Shown piece by piece: positions 16,940 to 27,693 of a DNA stretch of 38,699 nt (positions are counted from its first letter, which is position 1; every line of letters starts with the position of its first letter). The position numbers and the translations under genes are program-made. The DNA comes from an uncultured Thermus sp. (GTDB taxonomy: Bacteria; Deinococcota; Deinococci; Deinococcales; Thermaceae). The DNA is taken from contig CAMTVD010000029.1 of assembly GCA_947085095.1 (NCBI GenBank), positions 1 to 38,699 on the forward strand, in the 5' to 3' direction. The notes beneath the pieces are model-generated. The model was not told the DNA's origin. It was given only the letters and a program-made list of their open reading frames with translations, and did no database searches.

Positions 16940-17677
16940 TTAGTGGGGCGTGAGCCCCCCGTCCACGCACAGGGTCTGGCCGTTGATGTACCCCGCCCGC
17001 TCCGAGACCAGGAAGGCCACGGCCTCGGCCACCTCCTCGGGGCGGCCGAAGCGCCCGGCGGGGATCTGGGCCAGGTAGGCCTTCTTCACCTCCTCAGGAA
17101 GCCTTTCCGTCATCTCCGTCTCAATGAAGCCGGGGGCCACGGCGTTCACGGTGATGCCCCTCCCCGCGTACTCCTTGGCCACCGCCCGGGTGAAGCCGAT
17201 GAGCCCCGCCTTGGAGGCCACGTAGTTGGCCTGCCCCGGGTTGCCCAGGAGGCCCACCACGCTGGTGATGTTGACGATGCGCCCAAAGCGGGCCTTCATC
17301 ATGAGCTTCACCGCCTCCCTGGTGGTGCGGAAGGCGGCGGAGAGGTTGGCCTCCAGGACCGCCTCCCAGTCCTCGTCCTTCATGCGCACCAGGAGGGTAT
17401 CCCGGGTGATGCCGGCGTTGTTTACCAGGGTGTCCAGGCCCCCCAGGACCTCCGCCGCCTGGTGGACCAGGGCGCTGGCCGCCTCGGCCTCGAGGAGGTT
17501 GGCCCCCAGGAGAGCCACCAGGGGGCTTCCCCGCTTTTTGGCCTCCTCGGCCACCTCCAGGGCCTTTTCCCGGTTATGCCCGTAGTGGATGGCCAGGGCG
17601 AAGCCGTCCTCCGCCAGCCGCAGGGCGATGGCCCGGCCGATGCCTCGGCTTGCGCCGGTGATCAGGGCTTTACGCAT
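16940..17677 (-). CDS. fabG: 3-oxoacyl-ACP reductase
   Basis: TGASRGIG, NNAGITRD, YVASK. Confidence 0.95.
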   Translation of the reverse strand: MRKALITGASRGIGRAIALRLAEDGFALAIHYGHNREKALEVAEEAKKRGSPLVALLGANLLEAEAASALVHQAAEVLGGLDTLVNNAGITRDTLLVRMKDEDWEAVLEANLSAAFRTTREAVKLMMKARFGRIVNITSVVGLLGNPGQANYVASKAGLIGFTRAVAKEYAGRGITVNAVAPGFIETEMTERLPEEVKKAYLAQIPAGRFGRPEEVAEAVAFLVSERAGYINGQTLCVDGGLTPH

Positions 17678-18587
17678 GCGCCACCTCCAAAGCCTTTCGC
17701 AAACTCTCAGGGTCTACCACGCTAACGGCCTCCGCCTCCTTTAGGGTCCTCGCCACCAGGCCCTTCAGCACCTCCCCGCTCCCGAACTCCAGGAAGCGCT
17801 TGAGGCCCCGCCTTTCCATATCCAAGAGGATCTCCACCCAGCGCACGGGGGCGGTGATCTGTTCTAGGAGCAGGGCCTTGATGCGCTCCGGGTCCTCCTC
17901 GGGGCTGGCGGTCACGTTGGCGTAGACGGGGAAGCGGGGCCTCCTGAAGGCCACCTGGGCCAGGTCCTGGGCCAGGCGCTCCTTGGCCCTCGCCATGAGG
18001 GAGGAGTGGAAGGGGGCGGAAACGGGGAGGAAGACCACCCGGGCCCGCCTCGCCTTTAAAGCCTCCGCCGCCTTTTCCACGGCCTCCTTCCGCCCGGAGA
18101 TCACCGTCTGCTCGGGGGCGTTGAGGTTGGCGATCTCCACGCCCAGGTGGCCCTCCAGGGCGTTCTGGATCTCCTCCAGGGGCAGTTTCAGAACGGCGGC
18201 CATGGCCCCTTCCCCCGGGGGGACCGCCTCCTGCATGTACCGGCCCCGGAGGCGCACCAGGCGGAGGGCGTCCTCCAGCGCCAGGGTCCCGGCGGCCACG
18301 TGGGCCGTCCACTCCCCCAGGGAGTGGCCGGCGGCCAGGGCGGGCTCCTTCCCCCCCGCCTCCAGGAAGGCCCTATAGGCGGCGTAGCCCACCGCCAGGA
18401 GGGCGGGCTGCTGGTTCTCCGTGAGGGTGAGGGCCTCCTCCGGTCCCTCCCACATGAGCCTTAGGAGGCCGGGGAGGGCGGCCTCGGCCCGGTCCAGCAC
18501 CTCTTTGGCAGCGGGGGAGGCCTGGTAGAGGGCCTGGCCCATGCCCAGCCTTTGCGAGCCCTGGCCAGGGAAGAGGGCGGCGTACAT
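17670..18587 (-). CDS. fabD: Malonyl-CoA:ACP transacylase
   Basis: FPGQGSQ, GHSLGE, SAPFHS. Confidence 0.95.
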   Translation of the reverse strand: MYAALFPGQGSQRLGMGQALYQASPAAKEVLDRAEAALPGLLRLMWEGPEEALTLTENQQPALLAVGYAAYRAFLEAGGKEPALAAGHSLGEWTAHVAAGTLALEDALRLVRLRGRYMQEAVPPGEGAMAAVLKLPLEEIQNALEGHLGVEIANLNAPEQTVISGRKEAVEKAAEALKARRARVVFLPVSAPFHSSLMARAKERLAQDLAQVAFRRPRFPVYANVTASPEEDPERIKALLLEQITAPVRWVEILLDMERRGLKRFLEFGSGEVLKGLVARTLKEAEAVSVVDPESLRKALEVAHA

Positions 18588-19555
18588 CAGGCACCCCCCC
18601 AGGTGAGGACGGCGGCGGCCCAGGTGAGCCCAGCCCCGAAGGAGACCAGAAGCACGTGATCCCCCTCCCTTATGCGCCCCTCGTCCACCGCCTCCTGAAG
18701 GGCTAGGGGGATGGAGGCGGTGGAGGTGTTGCCGTACCTGTCCACGTTCACCACCACCCGCTCCCAGGGGAGGCCCAGGCGTTCCCGGGCGGCGTCAATG
18801 ATGCGCAGGTTGGCCTGGTGGGGCACGAAGACCTTGATGGCCTCGGGGGTGAGGCCCGCCTTTTCTATGGCCTCGAGGGTGGCGGTGTTCATCACCCGCA
18901 CCGCGAACTTGAAGACCTCCCGGCCGTTCATGTGGAGGCGGTTTTCCATGGAGGTGCCGTCGGGGAGCCGGGGGGCCACGCAGGCGTGGTAGAGCTCCTT
19001 GGCTCCCGTGCCGTCTGAACCCAGGACGAAGGAGCGGAAGCCAAACCCTTCCCGCACCTTCCCCACCACCGCCGCTCCCCCCGCGTCCCCGAAGAGGACG
19101 GCGGTGGCCCGGTCGTTCCAGTCCAGGATCTTGGATAGGGCCTCGGCCCCGATGGTGAGGACCTTGCGGGCCAGCCCCGCCTCCACCAGGGCGTGGGCCT
19201 GGGCCAGGGCGTAGATCCAGCCTGGGCAGCCCGCCAGGAGGTCGTAGGCGAAGGCGTTCAGACCGAAGCGGGCCTGGACCAGGGCGGCGGTGTCGGGGAA
19301 GAGGGCGTCCGGGGTGTTGGTGGCCACGATCACCCCGTCCACCCCCTCGAGGGCCCCCGGGTGCCGCCTTAGGAGGTCCTCCACCGCCTTGAAGGCCAGG
19401 TCCGAGGTGTACTCGTCAGGGGCGGCGATGCGCCGTTCCCGGATGCCGGTGCGGGTGACGATCCACTCGTCGGAGGTGTCCAGGTAGGCCTCAAACTCCT
19501 CGTTTTTCATGACCCTCTGGGGCGCGTAGGCCCCCAGGGCCAGGATGCCGCTCAT
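18587..19555 (-). CDS. fabH: Beta-ketoacyl-ACP synthase III
   Basis: AGC, PHQAN and GNTS catalytic triad; MNGREVFKFAV. Confidence 0.96.
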   Translation of the reverse strand: MSGILALGAYAPQRVMKNEEFEAYLDTSDEWIVTRTGIRERRIAAPDEYTSDLAFKAVEDLLRRHPGALEGVDGVIVATNTPDALFPDTAALVQARFGLNAFAYDLLAGCPGWIYALAQAHALVEAGLARKVLTIGAEALSKILDWNDRATAVLFGDAGGAAVVGKVREGFGFRSFVLGSDGTGAKELYHACVAPRLPDGTSMENRLHMNGREVFKFAVRVMNTATLEAIEKAGLTPEAIKVFVPHQANLRIIDAARERLGLPWERVVVNVDRYGNTSTASIPLALQEAVDEGRIREGDHVLLVSFGAGLTWAAAVLTWGGA

Positions 19556-19645
19556 GCCTGCCCTCCCGTCATGGGCCCTACTATACCCGGCGGGCCGGTA
19601 AAAAGTTGAGGCCCCGCCACGCGGGGCCAGTTCTCTTGACCGAGT

Positions 19646-19828
19646 TTAGACTTCTAGAACCTTGCGCCCGTCGTAGTAGCCGCACTCGGGGCAGACGGTG
19701 TGGGGGGGGCGCATGGCCTTGCACTCCGGGCAGGGGACCAGGGTGGGGGGGGTCAGGGCGTGGTGGCTCCTGCGGGCATCGCGCCGCGCCTTAGAGGTCT
19801 TCTTCTTGGGTACAGGGTGCTTGGCCAT
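19646..19828 (-). CDS. rpmF: 50S ribosomal protein L32 (zinc-ribbon form)
   Basis: [22 protein letters not shown] with two CPEC motifs. Confidence 0.96.
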   Translation of the reverse strand: MAKHPVPKKKTSKARRDARRSHHALTPPTLVPCPECKAMRPPHTVCPECGYYDGRKVLEV

Positions 19829-19889
19829 CTCCAGTCCTCCATTAGGGGGCGGATGCCCCCGCTAAACCCCTGGTAGTATAGCAGAAGCT

Positions 19890-20426
19890 TTAGAGTTCGG
19901 AAAGGAGGTCTTTGAGACCCAGAAGGGGGTGGTGGGCTTCCACCCGGTGGCCGCAGTCCACCAGGTTGCGGTCCGCCCCGCACACGGGGCAGAGGCCCTT
20001 GCACCCTTCCTGGCAGAGGACGGTGAAGGGCATCTCGCTCACAAAGGCCTCGGTGAGGAAGGGGAGGAGGTCCAGGTCCGGCTCCCCGAAGGCGTAGTAC
20101 TCGTCCTCCGCCTCCTCGTGGAAGACCAACTCAGGGAGCCCGGGCTGGTAGCGGAGCATGTGCTGGAAGTGGGCGTGGACGTGGGTAGGGGTGGGCCTGA
20201 GGCAACGGCGGCACTCCATGAGGACCATCCCTTCCACCTCGCCGGAGAGCCAGTACTCCTGCCCCCCCACGGCGGCGACGCTCACCTTCCAGGAGGCTTC
20301 GCCCTCCAGGGGAAAGCGCTCCTCGCCCACGTGGAAGGCCTCCTGCACCGCGCCCGAGGCGCGGACCGTTCCCCCTTCCTTCAAGAGGCGGGCTAGATTG
20401 ATGCTGGCCACCCCGCGGTAATCCAT
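19890..20426 (-). CDS. yceD: DUF177/YceD family protein
   Basis: CRRCL, CxxxCKGLCPVCG and DCGH; located upstream of rpmF. Confidence 0.85.
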   Translation of the reverse strand: MDYRGVASINLARLLKEGGTVRASGAVQEAFHVGEERFPLEGEASWKVSVAAVGGQEYWLSGEVEGMVLMECRRCLRPTPTHVHAHFQHMLRYQPGLPELVFHEEAEDEYYAFGEPDLDLLPFLTEAFVSEMPFTVLCQEGCKGLCPVCGADRNLVDCGHRVEAHHPLLGLKDLLSEL

Positions 20427-20514
20427 CCTTATAAGTATAGCGCGGCCTGAGCCCTTTTCCTAGGGGTATAAACTTCCCGGGCAACGCATAGGGGTTTCTG
20501 CTACCCTCAAGCCC

Positions 20515-21381
20515 ATGGAACGCGTGGCCGTGGTGGGCGTGCCCATGGACCTGGGAGCGGGGCGGCGCGGGGTGGACATGGGGCCCTCCGCTCTCCGCTA
20601 CGCCCGGCTTCTGGAGGAGCTCGAGGCCCTGGGCTTGGCCGTGGAGGACCTGGGGAACGTGCGGGTCCCCCTGGCGGAGACCCTAAGGGGCAGGAGAGGG
20701 TCTTACCTAGCGGAGATCCGCCAGGCGGCCCTGGAGCTCAAGGAAAAGCTCATGGCCCTGCCCGAGGAGGTCTTTCCCATCGTCCTCGGGGGGGACCACT
20801 CCCTCGCCATGGGCTCCGTGTCCGGGGTTGCCCGGGGGCGGATCGGGGTCATCTGGGTGGACGCCCACGCCGACTTCAACACCCCAGAAACCAGCCCTTC
20901 CGGGAACATCCACGGTATGCCCCTGGCGGTGCTTTCGGGCCTGGGGGACTCCCGCCTCACCGAGGTCTTCCGGGCGGTGGACCCCAAGGACCTGGTCCTC
21001 ATCGGGGTGCGGAGCGTGGACCCCGGGGAGGCCCGCCTTTTAAAGGAGCTGGGCGTCCGGGTCTACACCATGCACGAGGTGGACCGCCTGGGCATTGCCC
21101 GCATCGCCGAGGAGGCCCTGGACCACCTTTCCGGCCTTTCCCTTCACGTTTCCCTGGACGCGGATGTCCTGGACCCCACCCTGGCCCCGGGCGTGGGCAC
21201 CCCGGTTCCTGGGGGGCTCACCTACCGCGAGGCCCACCTCTTCATGGAGATCCTGGCCCTCTCGGGGCGGGTGAAAAGCCTAGACCTGGTGGAGGTGAAC
21301 CCCATCCTGGACGAGCGGAACCGCACGGCGGAGATGATGGTGGGGCTGGCCCTGAGCCTCCTGGGTAAGCGGATCCTCTAA
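20515..21381 (+). CDS. rocF: Arginase
   Basis: GGDHS, DAHADFNTPETSPSGNIHGMP, SLDADVLDP, LVEVNP. Confidence 0.93.
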   Translation: MERVAVVGVPMDLGAGRRGVDMGPSALRYARLLEELEALGLAVEDLGNVRVPLAETLRGRRGSYLAEIRQAALELKEKLMALPEEVFPIVLGGDHSLAMGSVSGVARGRIGVIWVDAHADFNTPETSPSGNIHGMPLAVLSGLGDSRLTEVFRAVDPKDLVLIGVRSVDPGEARLLKELGVRVYTMHEVDRLGIARIAEEALDHLSGLSLHVSLDADVLDPTLAPGVGTPVPGGLTYREAHLFMEILALSGRVKSLDLVEVNPILDERNRTAEMMVGLALSLLGKRIL

Positions 21382-21746
21382 CCGCCAAGGCGCTGCCTTA
21401 GGACCCGGCCCACCTCCTGGCCTGAGCCGAAGGCTGCCTTCAGCTCCCCATAGGGTGGGGAGGCTCGCCGGGCCTTGCGGTCCTCCAAGGCCTCCCGGGC
21501 CCACTCGCTCACCAGAAGGGGGAAGTCCAGGCCCGTGTCCAGGAAGTAGGCCTCCGACTCCCGCCAAGCCCCCTCCAGGCGGCGGAAGAGGGCGGCATGG
21601 TCCTTGGGGGGTGGGGCCTCGGGCCAGAGGAAGCCGCTCGCCACCCCCAGAAGCCAAGCTCCCCGGGTCGCCTCGGGCCAGGCTCCCGCTTTCCGGGCCA
21701 CGTAGGCCAGGGGATCCTGGAAAAGGAGGGCCCTGGGGTCTTCCAT
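21378..21746 (-). CDS. Hypothetical protein
   Basis: 122 aa ORF with Thermus-like codon use filling the gap between arginase and the nqo terminator; no motif recognised. Confidence 0.65.
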   Translation of the reverse strand: MEDPRALLFQDPLAYVARKAGAWPEATRGAWLLGVASGFLWPEAPPPKDHAALFRRLEGAWRESEAYFLDTGLDFPLLVSEWAREALEDRKARRASPPYGELKAAFGSGQEVGRVLRQRLGG

Positions 21747-21775
21747 GCTTCCCTTTCAGTTTAGGTGGCTGGGGA

Positions 21776-21807
21776 AAGAAGAACAAGGGGGCCCTTGGGG
21801 GCCCCCT
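21776..21807 (-). terminator. Intrinsic terminator of the nqo operon
   Basis: AGGGGGCCC-4nt-GGGCCCCCT stem followed on the minus strand by TGTTCTTCTTT. Confidence 0.75.
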
Positions 21808-21822
21808 GGGTTCAGGCGGAGG

Positions 21823-23106
21823 CTAGCCCCCTGCGGCCAGAGCGGGCAGAACTACCCCAGGGAAGAAGCCCAGAAGGAGGAGGAAAAGGGCCACAAGGAA
21901 GGCCACGCTCCGGGAAAGGGGCCTGGCTTTGGCCTCCGCCTCCCCCTTCTGGAAGACCGCGAGCCCCAGGGCCAGGTAGTAGTAGGCGCTGATGGCGCTG
22001 GTGAGGAGGGCCAGGACCAATAGCCCCCAGGCCCCCGCCTGGGCAGCCTCGGTGAAGACCAGGTACTTGCCCCAGAAACCCGCCAGAGGCGGCAGCCCCA
22101 AAAGGGAGAGGGAGGCGAGGAAGAGGGCGAGGCCCAGGAGGGGATCCTTGTGGAAGAGTCCCTTAAGGCGCTCCAGGGGCACCCGGTCCGGGGAGATCTC
22201 CGAGAGCACGGCGAAGGCCAGCCCCGTGGCCAGGACGTAGGTGAGGAGGTAGAAGGCCAAGGCCCCGGCGTTCCCGGTGTAGAGGGCCAGGGCCATGTAG
22301 CCCGCATGGGCGATGGAGCTGTAGGCGAGAAGCCGTTTGGCCTCCTTCTGCACCAAAGCCGCCAGGTTGCCCAGGACCACGGAGAGGGCGACGAGGAGGG
22401 TGAGGGCCTCGGGAACCCCGGGGGTGGCCACCCTGAGGAGGGCGGCGAAGGCAGCCGCCTTCACCCCCGTGGCCATGAAGAGGACCACCGGGGTGGGGCT
22501 TCCCCCGTAGACGTCCGGGGTCCAGAAGTGGAAGGGGGCCAGGGCCACCTTGAAGCCCAGGCCCACCAGGAGGAGGCCCAGGGCCAGGGCGTAGAGGGGG
22601 CCTTCCCCGGGGGTCCCCACCAGGAGGCTTCCTGTGGCCCCGTAGTGGAGGGCGGCGCCGTAGAGGAAGAAGGCGGCGGCCAAGGCTCCCAAGAGGAAGT
22701 ACTTGAGGGCCGCTTCCAGCCCCAGCCCCTTCCGCCAGGTGGCCAGGGCGTAAAGGGGGAGGGAGAGGGCCTCGAGGGCCACCAGCATCAGGATGAGGTT
22801 CTTGGTGGAGGCGAGAAGGTGCATGCCGAAGGCGGCGTAGAGCACCAGGAGGTGGAACTCAAACCGCTCCGTGCGCACCAGGCCCACCGTCCATAAGGCC
22901 CCGATGAGGGCGAGGAGGGTGAAGGCCTGGGAAACCCCATCCACCTCATAGGGCCCCAAGGCGAAGGGCTTCCCCCAGGTGAGGAGGAGGGAGAGGAGGC
23001 TTAGGGAGAGGCCCAGGATCACCAGGCGCTTGAAAAGGGGCACGGAGACGACAAAGCCCAAGAGGGTGAGGGCCACGGAAAAGAGGGCGAACAGCAAAAG
23101 GGTCAT
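21823..23106 (-). CDS. nuoN: NADH-quinone oxidoreductase subunit N (Nqo14)
   Basis: EAALKYFLLG, FKVALAPFHFWTPDVY, KRLLAYSSIAH. Confidence 0.95.
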   Translation of the reverse strand: MTLLLFALFSVALTLLGFVVSVPLFKRLVILGLSLSLLSLLLTWGKPFALGPYEVDGVSQAFTLLALIGALWTVGLVRTERFEFHLLVLYAAFGMHLLASTKNLILMLVALEALSLPLYALATWRKGLGLEAALKYFLLGALAAAFFLYGAALHYGATGSLLVGTPGEGPLYALALGLLLVGLGFKVALAPFHFWTPDVYGGSPTPVVLFMATGVKAAAFAALLRVATPGVPEALTLLVALSVVLGNLAALVQKEAKRLLAYSSIAHAGYMALALYTGNAGALAFYLLTYVLATGLAFAVLSEISPDRVPLERLKGLFHKDPLLGLALFLASLSLLGLPPLAGFWGKYLVFTEAAQAGAWGLLVLALLTSAISAYYYLALGLAVFQKGEAEAKARPLSRSVAFLVALFLLLLGFFPGVVLPALAAGG

Positions 23107-24512
23107 GCGCCACCTCCAAGGATGCGGGCGAAGGCCTCCGCCAAGGGCTTCAGGCCCTTGAGGAAGAACCCGGGGAAGACCCCCATGAGGACCAAGGCCA
23201 AGACGCTAAGGGCGGCGAAACCCCACTCCGCCCCCTTCAGGTCCTCCACGGACCTTTGGGCTTCTTCCCAGAAGGTCTTCTGGAAGGCGGTGAGGGCGTA
23301 GGCGGCGGCGGCGATCACGGAGAGGAAGGCAAAAGCGGCCAGCCAGGGGCTCGCCTTGTAGAGCCCCAGGAGGGTCAAAAACTCCCCGGGGAAGCCGGAA
23401 AGCCCGGGAAGGCCCACCATGGCCAGGAAGAGGAAGAGGGCTAAGGCCGCCATTCCGGGGGCGCTTTGCGCCAGGCCCCGGTAGCGGCCGATCTCCAGGG
23501 TGTGGGTTCTCTCGTAAAGCCGCCCCGCCAGGAGGAAAAGCCCCCCGGTATAGACGCCGCTCGCCGCCAGGAGGTAAAGCCCGCCCAAAGCCCCCTCCTC
23601 CGTCCCGGAGAAGACCCCTAGGGCGGCCACCCCCATGTGGGAGAGCCCGGCGTAGGCCAGGAGGGTCTTGAAGTCCCTGGCGGCGAAGGCCAGCCAGGCC
23701 CCGTAGAGGGCGGAGAGGGCTGCCAGGAAGAGGAGAAGGCCCTGGGCCTCTGCGAAGCCCTCGGGGGCCAGGGGGATGGCGAAGCGGAAGAAGGCGAAGA
23801 CCCCCACTTTGTAGAGGGTCCCTAGGGTGTCGGCAAGGCCCGAGGGGTGGTTCTCCTGGTGGAAGAGGGGGAGCCAGGCGTGTAGGGGAAAGAGGGGGGT
23901 CTTGATGGCGAAGGCCAGGGCAAAGCCCAGGAAGACCCAAAGCGCCGCCTCGCCCTTCACCGGGTGGGCCAGGAGGTCCTCGAGGAGGAAGGTGGGGCTA
24001 CCCCCTAGGACCTTCACCGCCAGGACCGCCGCCAGCATGGGCAAGGACCCCACCAGGGTGAAGAGGAGGAAGGTGTAGATGGCCCTTGTGCGCCCCTCTC
24101 CCCCGTAGAAGAGGAGCATGAGCAGGGCAGGGATGAGGGCCGCCTCAAAGAAGAGGTAGAAGACGAGGAGGTCCCGGGCGGCGAAAAGGGCCAGGAGGAG
24201 GCCCGTCATGAGGAGGGCCAGACCCAAAAAGCGCCCCTCCACCCGGGCCACCAGGGCCCCCAGGAAGACGGTGAGGGCGATGGTGAGGAAGAAGAGGGCG
24301 GAAAGCCCGTCCAGCCCAAAGGCCCAGTAAACCCCTGCCGAAGGGAGGAGGGGGGCCTGGACGCCGTAGGCCACCCCCCCTGGGTGGCTCAGGAAGAGGT
24401 AGAGGTTGAAGAGGAAGGAAAGACCGGCGCCCCAAACCCCCAGATTCCGGGGAAGCCCCAGGAGGAGCAGGACGCCGAAGAGGATGGGCAAGAGAATGGC
24501 CAGGATTACCAC
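23103..24512 (-). CDS. nuoM: NADH-quinone oxidoreductase subunit M (Nqo13)
   Basis: [33 protein letters not shown]. Confidence 0.95.
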   Translation of the reverse strand: MVILAILLPILFGVLLLLGLPRNLGVWGAGLSFLFNLYLFLSHPGGVAYGVQAPLLPSAGVYWAFGLDGLSALFFLTIALTVFLGALVARVEGRFLGLALLMTGLLLALFAARDLLVFYLFFEAALIPALLMLLFYGGEGRTRAIYTFLLFTLVGSLPMLAAVLAVKVLGGSPTFLLEDLLAHPVKGEAALWVFLGFALAFAIKTPLFPLHAWLPLFHQENHPSGLADTLGTLYKVGVFAFFRFAIPLAPEGFAEAQGLLLFLAALSALYGAWLAFAARDFKTLLAYAGLSHMGVAALGVFSGTEEGALGGLYLLAASGVYTGGLFLLAGRLYERTHTLEIGRYRGLAQSAPGMAALALFLFLAMVGLPGLSGFPGEFLTLLGLYKASPWLAAFAFLSVIAAAAYALTAFQKTFWEEAQRSVEDLKGAEWGFAALSVLALVLMGVFPGFFLKGLKPLAEAFARILGGGA

Positions 24513-26326
24513 CGCATCACCCCCAAGAGCACGAGCACGCCGAGGACGAAGAGGAGCGCATAGACCCTAAGGTAGCCGGCCTGGATCCGGGAAAGCGCCC
24601 CACCCACGCCCCGCACCAGGCCACCCAGGCCGAAGTAGCCGCCCAGTAGCCCGCGATCCCCGTAGAAGAGGGTTTCCGCCAGGGCCTTCAGGGGGTTCAC
24701 GATGAGGGCGTTGTAGATCTGGTCCACGTAGAAGGATTCCCGGCTCCAGGTTTCAAAGGCCAGGTACCAGGCGGGAAGGACCCTTCTCTGGAAGAAGGTG
24801 TAGCCAAGCCAGAGCCCCAGGAGGGCCACCAAGGCGGATAGGGCGACGAGGCCCCATTCCGCCAGAAGGGAGAGGTGATGGGGCTCCAGTTCCGCCAGGC
24901 TGGGCTTCAGGAAGGGTTTAAGGGCGTTGGGCAGGGGGTGGGGCAGGGCCAGGTACCCCGCCAGTAGGGAACCCAGGGCCAGGAGGTGGTTGGGCCAGAG
25001 CATCACGGGCGGGGCCTCGTGGGGGTGGTGGTGGCCCCTCGCCTCCCCCAGGAAGACCAGGACGAACCAGCGCATGGCGTACAGGGCGGTGAGGACCGCC
25101 ACCAGGAGGGCCCCCAGATAGAAGCCCACACCGCCAAAGGGGTAGGTGAGGGTGGCGGCCAGGATAGCGTCCTTGGACCAGAAGCCGGAAAGGAGGGGGA
25201 GCCCGCCCAGGGCCAGGGCCCCGATGAGGCCGTGCCAGCGGGTCAGGGGCAGGTGTTTCCAGAGTCCGCCCATCTTGCGCACGTCCTGCTCCCCGCCCAG
25301 GGCGTGGATCACGCTTCCCGAGGCCAAAAAGAGGAGGGCCTTGAAGAAGGCGTGGGTGAAGACGTGGAAAAGGGCCACCCAGTAGGCCCCCACCCCCGCC
25401 GCCAGGAACATGTAGCCCAGCTGGCTGATGGTGGAATAGGCGACGATCTTCTTGATGTCCGTCTGGCCAAAGGCGGAGAGGGCCCCGTAGAAGGCGGTGA
25501 GGAGGCCGATGACGGCGATGGCGTAGGAGACATCGGGTAGGACGCTATAGAGGAAGGAGCTTCGGGCGATGAGGTAGACCCCCGCCGTCACCATGGTGGC
25601 CGCGTGGATGAGGGCGGAGACCGGGGTGGGGCCGGCCATGGCGTCGGGAAGCCAGACCATGAGGGGCACCTGGGCGCTCTTGCCGATGGCCCCCAGGAAG
25701 AGGAGGAGGCCCGCCAGGGCCAGGAGGCTGGGGTTTTTCAGGGGGCCTTCCATGGCCTCCTTGAGCTCGCTGATGGAGAGGGTGCCGTAGAGGGCCCAGA
25801 GGATGGCCATGCCCAGCATGAAGCCCAGGTCCCCGATGCGGTTCACGATGAAGGCCTTGCGGGCGCTGTCCCCGTACTGGGTGTTTTTGTACCAGAAACC
25901 GATGAGGAGGAAGCTGGCCAGGCCCACCCCTTCCCAGCCGATGAACATCACCGGGTAGCTGTCGGCCAGGACCAGGAGGAGCATCATGGCGATGAAGAAG
26001 TTGAAGTAGGCGAAGAAGCGGCTATACCCGGGGTCACCCGCCATGTAGCCGATGGCGTAGACGTGGATGAGGAAGCCCACCCCCGCCACGATGATGAGCA
26101 TGAAGCCGGAGAGGTTGTCCAGGAGGAGGCTAAAAGGGATGCCGGGAAGCCACTCCGCCTGGAAGCGGGCCCCGCCCTGAAGGAGGAGGCCCACCCCGAT
26201 GAGGAAGGAGAGGAGCACCAGTCCCGAGGCCAAGACCCCAGGCCATGGCTCCCGCATCCTTTTGCCCAAGAGCCCCAGGAGGGCGAACCCCAATAGGGGA
26301 AGGAGGATTACGGATAGAAGCGCCAT
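24506..26326 (-). CDS. nuoL: NADH-quinone oxidoreductase subunit L (Nqo12)
   Basis: [42 protein letters not shown]. Confidence 0.96.
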   Translation of the reverse strand: MALLSVILLPLLGFALLGLLGKRMREPWPGVLASGLVLLSFLIGVGLLLQGGARFQAEWLPGIPFSLLLDNLSGFMLIIVAGVGFLIHVYAIGYMAGDPGYSRFFAYFNFFIAMMLLLVLADSYPVMFIGWEGVGLASFLLIGFWYKNTQYGDSARKAFIVNRIGDLGFMLGMAILWALYGTLSISELKEAMEGPLKNPSLLALAGLLLFLGAIGKSAQVPLMVWLPDAMAGPTPVSALIHAATMVTAGVYLIARSSFLYSVLPDVSYAIAVIGLLTAFYGALSAFGQTDIKKIVAYSTISQLGYMFLAAGVGAYWVALFHVFTHAFFKALLFLASGSVIHALGGEQDVRKMGGLWKHLPLTRWHGLIGALALGGLPLLSGFWSKDAILAATLTYPFGGVGFYLGALLVAVLTALYAMRWFVLVFLGEARGHHHPHEAPPVMLWPNHLLALGSLLAGYLALPHPLPNALKPFLKPSLAELEPHHLSLLAEWGLVALSALVALLGLWLGYTFFQRRVLPAWYLAFETWSRESFYVDQIYNALIVNPLKALAETLFYGDRGLLGGYFGLGGLVRGVGGALSRIQAGYLRVYALLFVLGVLVLLGVMRW

Positions 26327-26327
26327 A

Positions 26328-26615
26328 CTACCCCCTAAGCTCGGAAAGGTCGTCCACCGCGGTGCTCTCCCGGTGGCGGAAGATGGCCACGATCAGGCCC
26401 AGGCCCACGGCCACCTCGGCGGCGGCGATGGCGATCACCATGAGGGCGGCCACCTGGCCCTCGAGGCCGTAGACCCGGGCGAAGCCCACCAGGGAGAGGT
26501 TGGCGGCGTTCAGCATGAGTTCAATGGAGAGGAAGACCAGGATGGCCGTCCTGCGGGTCAGGACCCCGTAGACCCCCAGGGCGAAGAGGAGGGCGGAGGC
26601 GTAGAGGAAGCTCAC
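26328..26615 (-). CDS. nuoK: NADH-quinone oxidoreductase subunit K (Nqo11)
   Basis: [17 protein letters not shown]. Confidence 0.95.
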   Translation of the reverse strand: MSFLYASALLFALGVYGVLTRRTAILVFLSIELMLNAANLSLVGFARVYGLEGQVAALMVIAIAAAEVAVGLGLIVAIFRHRESTAVDDLSELRG

Positions 26616-27148
26616 CGCACCACCTCCTTCTTCTCCTTCTCCTCGGGGCTCAGGGCGTCCAGGGGCCTGGGGGGCTGGACCAGGGCCACGGCCACCACCG
26701 TGGCCACCATGAGGAGGAAGCCCACCGCCAGGAGAACCAGGAGCCAGTCCCCGTAGAGGAGGGGTCCCAGGGCCTGGGGCAGGCCCCCCTGGAGGTCCTT
26801 GCCGAAGGCGAGCTTAAGCCCTAAGAGCCCCGAGAGGAGGATGCCCGCCACGGCCAGGGCCAGGAGGACCGCCAGGGGCTTGGAGCGCACCAAGGGGTCA
26901 AAGCCCACCTCCCCCTGGGCGGCGAAGAGGAGCATGATCACGAAGAGGAAAAGGACCACGATGGCTCCGGCGTAGACGATGATCTGAATAAAGCCCAGGA
27001 AGCGGGCGTCCAGGGCCACGTAGACCCCGGCCAGGACCAGGAAGTTCAGGATGAGGGCCAAGGCGGCGTGGATGGCGTTCCTTAGGGTGACCACCAGGAC
27101 CCCGGTGAGGAGGAGGAGGGCGAGGGCGAGGCCTTCAAAGAAGCTCAC
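26612..27148 (-). CDS. nuoJ: NADH-quinone oxidoreductase subunit J (Nqo10)
   Basis: [19 protein letters not shown]. Confidence 0.95.
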   Translation of the reverse strand: MSFFEGLALALLLLTGVLVVTLRNAIHAALALILNFLVLAGVYVALDARFLGFIQIIVYAGAIVVLFLFVIMLLFAAQGEVGFDPLVRSKPLAVLLALAVAGILLSGLLGLKLAFGKDLQGGLPQALGPLLYGDWLLVLLAVGFLLMVATVVAVALVQPPRPLDALSPEEKEKKEVVR

Positions 27149-27693
27149 GGCTTCCTCCTTTCCCTGGGGGCTTGGAAGCCCTCCAGCTCAGGGCGCACAT
27201 AGGGCACCACGTAGCCAGGCTTCACCCCCTTGCCGGTGATCTTGGCCTCGCGGCGCTGGGGTTTGGTGCCCACCACCTCCACCAGCATGTCCTCCTTGCC
27301 GTAGATGAGGTCGGAGTACTGGTAGTCCGCCATCTCAAACTCGTAGCCCAAGACGATGGCCCCGGTGGGGCAGGCCTCCTCGCAGAGGCCGCAGAAGATG
27401 CACCGGAGCATGTTGATCTCGTAGACCTTGGCGTACCGCTCCCCCGCCGAGACCGGGTTTTCCGGGTCGTTCTCCGCGGGCTCCACGTAGATGGCGTAGG
27501 CGGGGCAGGCGGCGGCGCACAAAGAGCAGCCGATGCACTTCTCCAGGCCGTTAGGGTGCCGGGTGAGCACGTGCCGCCCGTGGAAGCGGGGCTTCAGGGC
27601 CACGGGGGCATCGGGGTAGGGGACGGTCACCGGTTTGGAAAAGAGGTACTTGAGGGTGATCCCCAGGCTTTGCGCCAGGGCCTTCAGGGTCAT
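27145..27693 (-). CDS. nuoI: NADH-quinone oxidoreductase subunit I (Nqo9)
   Basis: Two CxxCxxCxxxCP motifs. Confidence 0.96.
   Translation of the reverse strand: MTLKALAQSLGITLKYLFSKPVTVPYPDAPVALKPRFHGRHVLTRHPNGLEKCIGCSLCAAACPAYAIYVEPAENDPENPVSAGERYAKVYEINMLRCIFCGLCEEACPTGAIVLGYEFEMADYQYSDLIYGKEDMLVEVVGTKPQRREAKITGKGVKPGYVVPYVRPELEGFQAPRERRKP

Noticed and set aside
21378..21746. Candidate for supernumerary complex I subunit Nqo15 or Nqo16
   Set aside because: It does not resemble those proteins as I recall them, and it lies beyond the nqo terminator.
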